In this document: one piece after another, positions 36,605 through 48,046 of the stretch | Numbering within the stretch: position 1 is the first letter of the stretch | How the letters are laid out: each line of letters starts with the position of its first letter | Assembly: GCF_006345805.1 (NCBI RefSeq) | Contig: NC_042998.1 | Coordinates: 207,514,001-207,578,000, forward strand | Reading direction: 5' to 3' | DNA from: Octopus sinensis | Taxonomy: Eukaryota | Length of the DNA: 64,000 nucleotides | Made by a program: the position numbers and the translations under genes | Notes under the pieces: generated by a model | Seen by the model: only the letters and a program-made list of their open reading frames with translations | Told to the model about the DNA's origin: nothing | The model's database searches: none

Positions 36605-36875
36605 TCATGGGTTGATGTTGATGTGATAATGTTTATATGATAATGTAGATGTGATAATGTTGATGTGATAATGTTGGTGTGATAATATTGATGTGATAAT
36701 GTTGGTGTGATAATGTTGATGTGATATTGTTTATATGATAATGTTGATGTGATAATGTTTGCATGATAATGTTGATGTGATAATGTTTGCATGATAATGT
36801 TTATATGTTAGTGTTGATGTGATAATGTTTGTATGATAATGTTGATGTGATAATGTTGGTGTGATAATGTTGATA
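36605..36875. repeat. 14-bp minisatellite (TGATGTGATAATGT)n
   Basis: About 19 units directly before the exon 9 acceptor region. Confidence 0.9.
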
Positions 36876-36927
36876 TGTTCCTTGGATTCTGGTAATTTTA
36901 AATATGCTGTTTCTTTCTTTGCGTCAG

Positions 36928-37036
36928 GCCTGACCAGAAACCTGATATTTTGGCAGAGTTTATAGAACAGATGTTTGTCGGAAGGGGCACCACTATCGAT
37001 GGAGTCTCCTATGATTGTAGCAATTACCTCACTAAC
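36928..37036 (+). CDS. VWA3A: exon 9 (PDQKPDILAEFIEQMFVGRGTTIDGVSYDCSNYLTN)
   Basis: GTCAG| ... AAC|GTAAGT; matches PDQPSEILSDYIQQ. Confidence 0.92.
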
Positions 37037-37356
37037 GTAAGTTGGAACTGTTTTTGGCTCAGTTATTTTGTCACTCAGCTTAGTTACACTCAAAACAATC
37101 ATGTATATATATATATACACACACACACATATCCACTATTCTTGATAAATGCTTCAACAACAAACACACAATGAGCTTTTGCTTAAACCATAATAAAAAC
37201 TAAGAGAAAAAGAAGAAAAAAAGATAAAACACCACAACATGAAGACTCAATCAGCTCCTCCTTCGTTAGCGCCTCATTAATGGCCAAATGAAAATGCGGC
37301 TGATTTTCTCTCATCTTGTAATTCCTTTTTTTCTTTTTTTCCTTTTGTTTTTGTAG

Positions 37357-37422
37357 ATGTGTCTCAGAAAACTGTCCGAAATGACCGGGGGTCGATTCCA
37401 TTGTTACTCCTCATGCTGTGAG
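37357..37422 (+). CDS. VWA3A: exon 10 (MCLRKLSEMTGGRFHCYSSCCE)
   Basis: TTGTAG| ... GAG|GTAAGT; typical VWA end motif L-x-x-L-x-x-x-x-GG-x-F-H. Confidence 0.92.
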
Positions 37423-37434
37423 GTAAGTTGGTGC

Positions 37435-37811
37435 TCTTCTTCTTCTTCTTCTTCTTCTTCTTCTTTCTTCTCTTCTTTTTCTTTTCTTCTTTTCTTCTTT
37501 TTTCTTCTTTTTCTTCTTCTTCTTCTTCTTCTTCTTTCTTCTTCTTTTCTTCTTCTTCTTTACCTCTTCGTCTTCTCTTCTTCCTCTTCTTCCTCTTCTT
37601 CCTCTTCTTTCTCTTCTTCTTCTTTTCTTTCTTCTTTTTCTTCTTTTTCTTCTTCTTCTTCTTCTTTTCTTTCTTCTTTTTCTTCTTTTCCTTCTTCTTT
37701 TTCTTCTTCTTCTTCTTCTTCTTCTTCTTCTTCTTTTCTTTCTTCTTCTTTTTCTTCTTTTTCTTCTTCTTCTTCTTCTTCTTCTTCTTCTTCTTCTTCT
37801 TCTTCTTCTTC
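37435..37811. repeat. (TTC)n polypyrimidine tract
   Basis: Directly visible; similar ~1.2-kb tract at 56417-57630. Confidence 0.95.
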
Positions 37812-40109
37812 ATATAAAGGCGTCAAGCTGCCAGAAACGCTAGTACACTGGGCGAAATGCTAGCCGTTTTTCGTCTGCTGCTACGTTCTGAGTTCAAATT
37901 CCGCTGAGGTCAACTTTGCCTTTCATCCTTTTGGGGTTGATAAATTAAGTACCAGTTGCGTACTGGGTCGATATAATCGACATAATCCATTTGTCTGTCC
38001 TTGTTTGTCTTCTCTGTGTTTAGCCCCTTGTGGGTAGTAAAGAAATAGGTATTTCGTCTGCTGCTACATTCTGAGTTCAAATTCTGCTGAGGTCGACTTT
38101 GCCTTTCATCCTTTTGGGGTCGATAAATAAGTACCAGTTATGCACTAGGGTCAATGTAATCGACTTAATCCCTTTGTCTGTCCTTGTTTGTCCCCTCTAT
38201 GTTTAGCCCCTTGTGCGTAGTAAAGAAATAGGTTATTTCTTCCTTGTCAACCAGACGATGAGAACTGGGAATTGGCAGAATAGTTACAATGCCAGACAAA
38301 ATGCTTAAAGACATTTCTTCCAGCTTTACGTTTCAAGTTCAAGTGCAGCAGAGATCAATTTTGCCTTTTATCTTTTGGGGTCGATATTTTTTCAATGTTT
38401 AACACACTTCAGCATTGTAAGAAAGTCTATTTTAAACGCAATCATAAAAAACATGGAAACCAGACCGTGTTTTAACATTAATCAACTGATATATTATTCT
38501 ATACACATTTACACAAATTCACCAAAAAAATATATACATACAGGAGTGGCTGTGTGGTAAGTAGCTTGCTTCCCAACCACATGATTTCGGGGTCAGTCCC
38601 ACTGCGTGGCACCTTGAGCAAGTATCTTCTACTGTAGCCTGGGGCCGACCAAAGCCTTGTGAGTGGATTTGGTAGACAGAAACTGAAAGAAGCCCGTCGT
38701 ATATATGTATATATTATATAATTAATTATATATATATATATATGTGTGGGTGTGTGTGTGTGTATATGTTTGTGTGTCTGTGTTTGTACCCCCAACATCG
38801 TTTGACAACCGATGCTGGTGTGTTTACATCCCCGTAACTTAGCAGTTCGGCAAATGAGACTGATAGAATAAGTACTAGGCTTACAAAGAATAAGTCCTGG
38901 GGGTCGATTTGCTCGACTGAAGGCAGTGCTCCAGCATGGCCGAAGTCAAATGACTGAAACAAGTAAAAGAGTAATAGAGAATACATAGTTAAGTAAAGTA
39001 TAAGACCTGTTGAGAAAAGTGAAATCAAAATCGCTGACGTGGCCGATGACAGTGCCGCCTGATTGGCACTTGTGCCAGTGGGACGTTAAAAGCACCATCC
39101 AAGTGTGATCGTTACCAGGGCCACTAACTGGCTCCTGTGCCAGTGACATGTAAAAAGCCCCATTCGAGCATGCTCGTTGCCAGCATCGCCTTACTGGCAC
39201 ATGTGCCAGTGTCATGTAAAAAACAACATTCGAGCATGGTCGTTGCCAGTGCCGCCGGACTGGCCCTCGTGACGGTGGCACGTAAAAAGCACCCACTACT
39301 ACACTGCTGGAGTGGATGGAATTAGGAAGGGCATCCAGCTGTAGAAACTCTGCCAGATCAGATTGGAGTCTGGTGCGGCCCCCTGGCTTGCCAGTCCTTA
39401 GTCAAACCGTCCAACCCATGGAAAGCCCATGGAAAGCGGACGTTCATCGACGACGACGATGATGATGATGATGATGATGATCTTAAGAGACACGTGATTT
39501 ATGTTTATAAATCCCATCCAAGGATTATCGTTATTTTTACTACACACACACACACACACTGGCTTAACTGGTCGAAACTTCGAAGTCACTGTCAACAACA
39601 TTCTTATTTAAGAAGAGTATATATATACATATGTCTGTCTGTTTGATGTTATATAACTCGGTTGCTCCAGCTGCGTCACATTTTAACCGTTCCAGATTCA
39701 AAGCATTGTAAGTATTACGGTCAAGGGGACATAACCTCTGGTTTTGTAACGTTTCAAAAAGTAAGTTATTTCCCTTGTTCCACTTTCCCAGCATTTTCCT
39801 TAACCAGGGAGTTTTCTTAATATCCGATTGAAGATTAAAACCAAAAATGCACTAATGTTTATTCCATTACTTCGGGAGTTGAAATTCCACCAACTGAAAA
39901 TAGATTCACGCTTATTTCTGAAATAGATTTCGATATTCTGTTAATAAAACATTTTTAGGTAACAAAATATGGGAATCTTTGATACCTGATGGGTGATCCT
40001 TTGGTAAATATTCCGGCAAGATGACCCCTGTTGGAAATCTCATGGAGTTAGTTTCTTCATGGTTAACTGTATGATAATAATAATAATAATAATAATAGTA
40101 ATAATAATA

Positions 40110-40485
40110 GCCCAGAAGGAATATAAGAGACGCCAGAATAGGCAAGACATTAGAAAGTGATAAGGGCCAGGCTTGTCCATTGGACACTATGCAAAAAATT
40201 GGTACGACCACAAACCCGAAGGCATCATCGAAAATAGAAATGCAAAGATCCTATGGGATTTTATGATCCAGTGAGACCATGAGATAGAGAATAGTAAGCC
40301 AGACATAGGTTTAATTGAGAAAGAAGACAAACTATGCTGGATCATAGATATAGCATGCCCAGCTGACAACAAGGTATGCGATAAGGAAGAAAGAAAAGTC
40401 GAGAGATATGACAGGTTAGCTTGGGAGGTTAAGCAGTTGTGGTCGATAAAAAAAAGTAGTAGTACTATCAATAATTGTCGGAGCA
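40110..40485 (+). mobile_element. R4/Dong-like LINE fragment (PD..D endonuclease region) next to (TAA)n
   Basis: WYDHKPEGIIEN..KILWDF...KPDIGLIEKEDKLCWIIDIACP, with stop and frameshift; overlaps in sequence with 3118-3432; (TAA)n at ~40073-40109. Confidence 0.82.
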
Positions 40486-42051
40486 ATTATTACAAAGACA
40501 GACATGAAGTGTCAGGGTTTTACATGCAATGAAAAAGTGCATGAACAGGACACAGAATAACAGAGAGGAAGTGAATATTAACAGGAAACAATTTCATTTG
40601 GTTCTCATTAACATTACGGTTTGGACCATTAAGTTACAGGGACATAAACAACCAACACTGATTGTCAGGTGGTAGTGGGGGATAAACACTGACACTGATT
40701 GAGTAGTTAAGAAAATGAAATAAAAGTAAAATAAGATAAAATAACGTAAAAATAAAACGCAGGGTCTTCAGGTGTTGTGTTGGGGAATCTCAGGAAGTGT
40801 GGTAAGTCCTGAAGGAGGTAGTGTCCCAACAGTTAACAAGGGATTTGTTCCATGCTTTAGAATTTCTGAGCATAACTCTACTCCTTGTTAAGGAATGAGT
40901 CATATTATTGGGTTGGTGCGACTTTTTTTCAACAAATTTTATTCAACAAAAACAATATTTAACAAAACCATCTTTAAATGAGGGTCTGACCGTCTGCCAA
41001 GCAAATGGGAAGCAGTAATTGAAGAAGATGGTGAATATTCTCCGGAATAATCATTTAAAGATGTTTTTGTTAAATATTGCTTTTGTTTTTGTTGAATAGA
41101 ATTTGTTGGATAAAAGCCGCAATAATTATACACCAACGCAATAGTTTCATCTCGATAACTTTCTGCAAAGTGCAGCAGAAAAGTCTAACACAGCAAATGC
41201 AAAGTGTGCACTGGTCGAAACCATAATGATAACAAGAACCAAAAGAAATTGTTTCCTGTCAGTATTTAAAGAACCAAAGGCAGTGATCTGGTAGAATCTT
41301 GAACAGGCCTTCGTCTGTCTTTATGTTTTGAGTTCAAATTCCACCGAGGTCGACTTTGCCTTTCATCCTTTCAGGGTTGATAAATTAAGTACCAGTTGCA
41401 TACTGGGGTCGATATCATCAACTACCCACAAAAAAATTTCGGGGAAGAATGATGAACATGCCAGGTAAAGTGCTTACCAGCATTTCGTCTGTCTTCATGT
41501 TGCGAGTTCAAATTCCGCCGAGATCAACTTTGCCTTTCATCCTTTCGGGGTCGATTAAATAATTACCAGTTACGCAGTGGGATCGATATAATCGACTTAA
41601 TCCGTTTGTCAGTCCTTGTTTGTCCCCTCTGTGTTTAGCCCCTGGTGGGTAGTAAAGAAATAGATAAATTAAGTACCAGCTGCATACTGGGGTTGATGTA
41701 ATTGACTTAACCCCCTCTCCCCGAAATTTAGGCCTTGTGCCTTTTTAGTTAAAAGGATTATTATTATTGCTATTATTATTAGCACGCTAGGTAAATAAGT
41801 TGGCAGTATTTCACTCGTCTCTACATTCTGAGTTCAAATTCTGCCGAGGTTGACTTTGCCTTTCATCTTTTCAGGGTTGATAAAATAAGTACCAGTTGAG
41901 TACTGGGGTCAATGTAATTGACTCACCCTGCTCCTCTCACAAATTGCTGGCCTTGTGCCAAAGTATGAAATCCTTTGAACCCTGAATATCCATCGTTCAA
42001 CAAAAGGTTCTTCAGTTTTTGATATGTTTTTGTTTCTTTTCTGCTTCTCAG

Positions 42052-42183
42052 GACCTGATTTACTCTGGGACGGACATCAGTTTATTGGTTAACGAGATAC
42101 ACAAAGTGAAAGATATAATTAACAAGATCGAAGCCAGCAAGCAAGGCATGATGGGAAAAGCTATGGTCAACATCCACGACGAG
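42052..42183 (+). CDS. VWA3A: exon 11 (DLIYSGTDISLLVNEIHKVKDIINKIEASKQGMMGKAMVNIHDE)
   Basis: TCTCAG| ... GAG|GTAAAA; phase 0-0. Confidence 0.9.
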
Positions 42184-42884
42184 GTAAAATATATTTTTTT
42201 TATTAGGCTCAAGCGTAGCTGTGTGGTAAGGAGCTCGCTTCCCAACCACATGGTTCTGGGTTCAGTCCCACTGCATGACACCTTGGGCAAGTGTCTTCTA
42301 TTCTACTATAAATTAGGGCCAACCAAAGCCGTGTGAGTGGATTTGGTAGATGGAAAATGAAAGAAGCCTGTTCTATATATATATATCATCATCATCATCA
42401 TCATCATCCTTTAACGTCCGCTTTCCATGCTAGCATGGGTTTGACAGTTTGACTGAGAACTGGCAAGCCAGAAGGCTGCACCAAGCTCAATCTGATCTGG
42501 CAAAGTTTCTACGGCTGGATGCCCTTCCTAATGCCAACCACTCTGAGAGTGTAGTGGGTGATTTTACATGTCACCGGCATGAGAGCCAGTCAGGTGGTCC
42601 TGGCATCAGCCACATTCAGTTGTTGCTTTTTACATGCCATCGGCACAGGAGCCAGTCTGGCAGCACTGACAACGATCAAGCTCGAATGGTGCGTTTCTTT
42701 ACATGCCACTGGCACCGGAGGTCATGTGCTGTTTATCTTAATATGAGATCACCATGTCACGCACATATGGTTGTGATGCATGTGCCTGGTGTACCTTTAT
42801 CAGACAGGTAGTCATGATGGGTATATTGGGCTTCGTATATTTTACCCCAGTGTCACTTTGATGGCATGCACTGCTCTCTCACTC

Positions 42885-42936
<52 letters not shown>

Positions 42937-42983
42937 TCGAAAAATACCTTAGGAATGAGAACCCAGGTTCAAAAATTCCCCAA

Positions 42984-43029
42984 GACACCTGATGAAGGCT
43001 GGATGGTATATCAGCCGAAATGTTGTGTT
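42984..43029 (+). ncRNA. minimal type I hammerhead motif with extra A after A9 (Penelope-type)
   Basis: GACAC CUGAUGA A GGCUG GAUGGUAUAU CAGCC GAAA UG UU GUGUU; follows an (AAT)n tract. Confidence 0.68.
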
Positions 43030-43238
43030 AACAACAAACAAGATGGGGACAAATATCCATCAAATGTAAATAATGTAAATAATCCCTTATCTCTTAAATA
43101 TAGAACTGTATTACCAAATCCACTCACAAGGCTTTGGTTGGCCCATGGCTATAGTAGAAAACACTTGTACAAGGTGCCACACAGATGGTGTACAAAACAA
43201 ACAGATGTATTAGTTTAAAGCTCAGGAATAGAAAAAGT

Positions 43239-43274
43239 CTTTTACGTTTCGAGCCTACGCTCTTCCACAGAAAG
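43239..43274 (-). ncRNA. minimal hammerhead-like motif with variant core CUGUGGA
   Basis: CUUU CUGUGGA A GAGC GUAG GCUC GAAA CG UA AAAG; A6 is U. Confidence 0.55.
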
Positions 43275-43620
43275 GGACACAGAAAAAACAAGGAGAGAAA
43301 CAAGGAGAGAAACAAGGAGAGAAAAAATGTGTGTAAGAGCTAACAATCTATTATGGCGTCTCATATATATTTATATATATATATACAATAGGCTTCTTTC
43401 AGTTTCCGTCTACCAAATCCACTCACAAGGCTTTGATTAGCCTGAGCCTATACTAGTAGGCATTTGCCCAAGATACCACACAGTAGGACTGAACCTGGAA
43501 CCATGTGGTTGGTAAGCAAGCTACTTACCACACAACCACTCCTGCACGTATCTTTCCCTTTTTGTGTGTCCCCTTTTAAGATCCCTGTGTCTCAGTGACT
43601 TATTTGTCTTCCTATTCCAG

Positions 43621-43759
43621 GTGGCTGCCGAAATACAGAAGCTGCCCCAGTCCATGCTGTTGCCCCAGCCTGCGGGTCACAACTCCCCACTGAATATCGA
43701 TCATCCGAAATTTCCTCGTCTATCTTCAGTGGAATGGTTGAAGAAGCACGGCTTAAAAG
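43621..43759 (+). CDS. VWA3A: exon 12 (VAAEIQKLPQSMLLPQPAGHNSPLNIDHPKFPRLSSVEWLKKHGLK)
   Basis: TTCCAG| ... G|GTATGT; matches LLPKPPKHDAPLTIEFP...SAEWLKVNGLK. Confidence 0.93.
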
Positions 43760-44042
43760 GTATGTAGGTCAGTTATTTGAGAAATGTGGTGACAAAGTAA
43801 ACCTGAGGGGGGGGGGGATGGTCGTTCAGTTGTTGGTGTTAAAAGTCCACATTACAACAGGAAATGGTTAGGAAGCATGTTTGGTGAAGATACCATCTGA
43901 GAACTACATCACTGGTTCAGACAAGCCCACGAGAGAGCCTTGATGTGGCAGCGGGCCTACTAGAAATAGCAGCCAAATGGCTGGTGGATATCCACTCTGA
44001 CAGCTTAAGAAAAGAAAGGTGACATGCATCTTGGTTAATCTG

Positions 44043-44075
<33 letters not shown>

Positions 44076-44808
44076 GCTATCAAAATAGGGTGGAGAGCTT
44101 GCAGAATTGTTAGCTGGAGTGGCTGTGTGGTAAGTAGCTTGCTCACCAACCACATGGTTCCAGGTTCAGTCCCACTGTGTGGTATCTTGGGCAAGTGTCT
44201 ACTAGTATAGCCTCAGGCTGATCAAAGCCTTGTGAGTGGATTTGGTAGACAGAAACTGAAAGAAGCCCATTGTATGTATATATATATATATATATATAAT
44301 ACAAATAAGAATATGGAGAAACAATTTAGTTTGTCCATCCTATATAGGATATGTATGCTATTAAGGTTCTCATTTTGTTAAATGAATAAATATTTCAACA
44401 TTCTAATATCCGAAAGTTGATGAACAAACTAAATTGCTTCACCATTTTCTTATTTGTATTATAAATCAACGGTAAAATATTTCTTTACCTTCACCCGTTT
44501 AATACAATAAATAAGTTAATTGCATTGCAATTAAAAACATGTATGTTATTTTGTATTTGGGTACTTTACCAACAGTATATTGGATAAATACTGTCCCTTA
44601 GTGGGTTGCACCCATAACCCCTAACTTACTTTGTGTTATATATATATCATCATCATCATCATCATCATCATCGTTTAACGTCCGTTCTCCATGCTAGCAT
44701 GGGTTGGACGGTTCGACCGGGGATCTGGGAAGCCAGAAAGCTGCACCAGGCTCCGGTCTTATCTGGCAACGTTTCTACAGCTGGATGCCCTTCCTAATGC
44801 CAACCACT

Positions 44809-44854
<46 letters not shown>

Positions 44855-44899
44855 ACACACATATATATACATATATGTCTAACACAGTTCTTACACCAC

Positions 44900-45053
44900 A
44901 TTGAAGATATACTCAAAGTCTAGGGAACAGGTTCGAACTCTGATGTCATATATCTTGACTTCAGGAAAGCGTTTGACAGGGTAGACCATAATATCCTACT
45001 CTCAAAATTGGCAAATGTTGGAATCCAAGGAAAACTTCTACACTGGATTAAGT
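44900..45053 (+). mobile_element. CR1-like reverse transcriptase fragment
   Basis: DVIYLDFRKAFDRVDHNILLSKL..GIQGKLLHWIK. Confidence 0.85.
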
Positions 45054-45276
45054 ATTGAATCGTTAGCACGCAGGGTGAAGTGCTTAGCAGTATTTCGTCT
45101 GCCGTTATGTTCTGAGTTCAAATTCCAACAAGGTCAACTTTGCCTTTCTGCCTTTTGGGGTCAATTAAATAAGCACCAGTTACATACTGGGGTCGATGTA
45201 ATCGACTTAATCCCTTTGTTTGTCCTTGTTTTCCCCCTCTATGTTTAGCCCCATGTGGGCAATAAAGAAATATATC

Positions 45277-45309
<33 letters not shown>

Positions 45310-45774
45310 CAAAAAATATAAATCAAAAAATCAAAAATCAAAATCGATCAACATAAATGGAAATTGTAGCTGTGGTACCAGTGCTGGTGGCACATAAGAG
45401 AACCATCCGAACGTAGCTGTTGCCAGTGCCACCCTGACTGGCTTCCGTGCTGGTAGCACTTAAAAAGTACCATCCGATCGTAGCCGTTGCCAGCCTCGAC
45501 TGGCCTCCGTGCCGGTGGCACGAAAAAGCACCATCCGATCATGGCCGTTTGCCAGCCTCGCCTGGCACCTGTGCCAGTGGCACGTAAAGAGCACCCACTA
45601 CACTCATGGAGTGATTGGCATTAGGAAGGGCATCCAGCCGTAGAAACATTGCCAGATCAAATTGGGCCTGGTGCAGCCTTCTGGCTTCCCAGACCCCAGT
45701 TGCACATAACACCGTCCAACCCATGCTACATGGAAAGCGGACGCTAAACGATTATGATGATGATGATGATGATG

Positions 45775-45811
<37 letters not shown>

Positions 45812-46429
45812 ATAATCGGGCATGAGCACCATATGAGCGTGATCGTTAACAGAGCGGCTAACCGGCTTCCATGCCAGTGGCACTTAAAAGGCATCATTCA
45901 AGTGTGATCGTTACCAGCATTGCCTTATTGGCACTTGTGCCCATGCTAGTAGGATATTAAGGGCACCATCCAAGCATGATCGTTGCCCGAGCGGCTAACT
46001 GGCTTCCATGTCGGTGGCATGTAAGAGGCACCATTCGAGCGGGACCGTTACCAGCATCATCTTACTGGCACCTGTGCCGGTGGCACGTGTAAATAGATTC
46101 GAGCAAGGTCGTTGCCAGTACCGCCTGACTGGCCCCCGTGCCAGTGGCACGTAAAAGCACCCACTACACTCTCAGAGTGGTTGGCATTAGGAAGGGCATC
46201 CAGCTGTAGAAACTCTGCATGAAACATGATGTGACAAGGCTGATCCTTTGAATTACTGGTACAATTCATTTTATGAGTTGAATGGAATGGAGCAAAATGA
46301 GATAAAGTGTCTTGCTTAAGGAGACAATGTCCCGCCAGAAATTGAACTCACAACCTTATGATTGTGAGTCGAATACCCTAACCACTTAGCCACGTGCCTT
46401 CACATTTGTAAATATTCTTTAATTATGGT

Positions 46430-46800
46430 GGTGGAAGCACTCCGTCGGTTACGACGACGAGGGTTCCGGTTGATCCGAATCAACGGAACAGCCTGCTCGT
46501 GAAATTAACGTGTAAGTGGCTGAGCACTCCACAGACACGTGTACCCTTAACGTAGTTCTCGGGGATATTCAGCGTGACACAGAGAGTGACAAGGCCGGCC
46601 CCTTGAAATACAGGTACAACAGGCGCAATGGCCTAGTGGTTAGGGCAGCGGACTCACGGTCATAGGATCGCGGTTTCGATTCCCAGACCGGGCGTTGTGA
46701 GTGTTTATTGAGTGAAAACACCTAAAGCTCCACGAGGCTCCGGCAGGGGATGGTGGTGACCCCTGCTGTACTCTTTCACCACAACTTTCTCTCACTCTGT
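46430..46800. mobile_element. two further SINE families (46430-46620 on -, tRNA-headed copy 46622-46800 on +)
   Basis: GGCGCAATGGCCTAGTGGTTAGGGCAGCGGACTC...GGTTTCGATTCCC head followed by a non-tRNA body also seen reversed at ~15400-15640. The first family recurs at ~32080-32320, 33040-33270, 53460-53630. Confidence 0.75.
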
Positions 46801-46912
46801 TTCTTTAATTATATACAATTAACTTCAATAAAGACTAAATTACTTCATTAATTAAACTGTGTCCTTCTATGCAAATGCAATTAGTTGATGTAATAAACCT
46901 GTTATTTTTCAG

Positions 46913-47016
46913 CCAAGAAGTTAAGCCTTTACCATTTTCTCACGCCAAACGCCTTTAATTATCAGAAACACTTCATTCCAGTCATTGGAAAAATGGTACA
47001 ATCTCAGGTTCATGAA
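46913..47016 (+). CDS. VWA3A: exon 13 (AKKLSLYHFLTPNAFNYQKHFIPVIGKMVQSQVHE)
   Basis: TTTTCAG| ... GAA|GTAAGT. Confidence 0.95.
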
Positions 47017-47722
47017 GTAAGTTCCTTTCCATAAGAATTATCTCAAGAGTTTTTGGTAAATATCAGTGGAGAACATTGTCTTTCAGGAATTGTTCTCTCC
47101 TCTTGGTCAACATTATTCTACTGTTCCATTGTTCTGCTAATTTGTTGTTCTCTTATTCCTATGCTCTGCTTTGCTGTGTTGCTCTGTTATTCCAACATTC
47201 TCCATCAAAATCAAATTCGACGACTGGCATCCGTGCAATTGGAGCGCTAAGAGTACCATACTAGCGAGATCGTTGCCAGAGCAACAAGCTGGCCTCCGTG
47301 TCGATGGCACGTAAAAAGTACCATTCGAGCATGATCGTTACCGCGTCACCTTACTAGCACTTGTGCTGGTGGCACGTGAAAAAACATTTGAGCGAGGTCG
47401 TTGCCAGTGCCACTGGGCTAGCTCCTGTGCAGGTGGCACATAAAAAGCACCATTTGAGAGTGGCCATTGCCAGTACCACCTGACTGGCCCTCATGCCAGT
47501 GGCACGTAAAAAGTACCCACTTCACTCTCGGAGTGGTTGGCATTAGGAAGGGCATCCAGCTGTAGAAACTCTGCCAGATCGAGATTGGAGCCTGGTGCAG
47601 CCTCCTGGTTCGCCAGTACTCAGTCAAACCGTCCAACCCATGCCAGCATGGAAAATGGACGTTAAATGATGATGATGATGTTGATGATGATAATTATGAT
47701 GATGATGTTGATGATGATAATT

Positions 47723-47772
<50 letters not shown>

Positions 47773-47870
47773 AATTATGATGATGATTATGATGATGATG
47801 ATTATGATGATGATGATGATGATGATGATGACGATGTTGATGTTGCTTTATTTTTTGTTTCCTTCCTCAG

Positions 47871-48046
47871 AAAGCAATGGTGCAATTCCAGTGGCACGAT
47901 GGTTCGGTGAAGAACGTCCACGTTGATATGGCACAAATATTTGAGTACCAGAAGCAACTCGGTGCCGCAGTGAGTTTATACGAACAGAGAGTGGAATGGT
48001 TGTCCACAGGAAGTCGGAAGATTTTTGGAACAATTTCAGGTCAAAG
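47871..48046 (+). CDS. VWA3A: exon 14 (KAMVQFQWHDGSVKNVHVD...VEWLSTGSRKIFGTISGQR)
   Basis: CCTCAG| ... AG|GTAAAT; strong similarity to VWA3A. Confidence 0.95.

Noticed and set aside
46622-46700. tRNA-like sequence
   Set aside because: No complete acceptor stem; continues into a SINE body seen elsewhere in the window.
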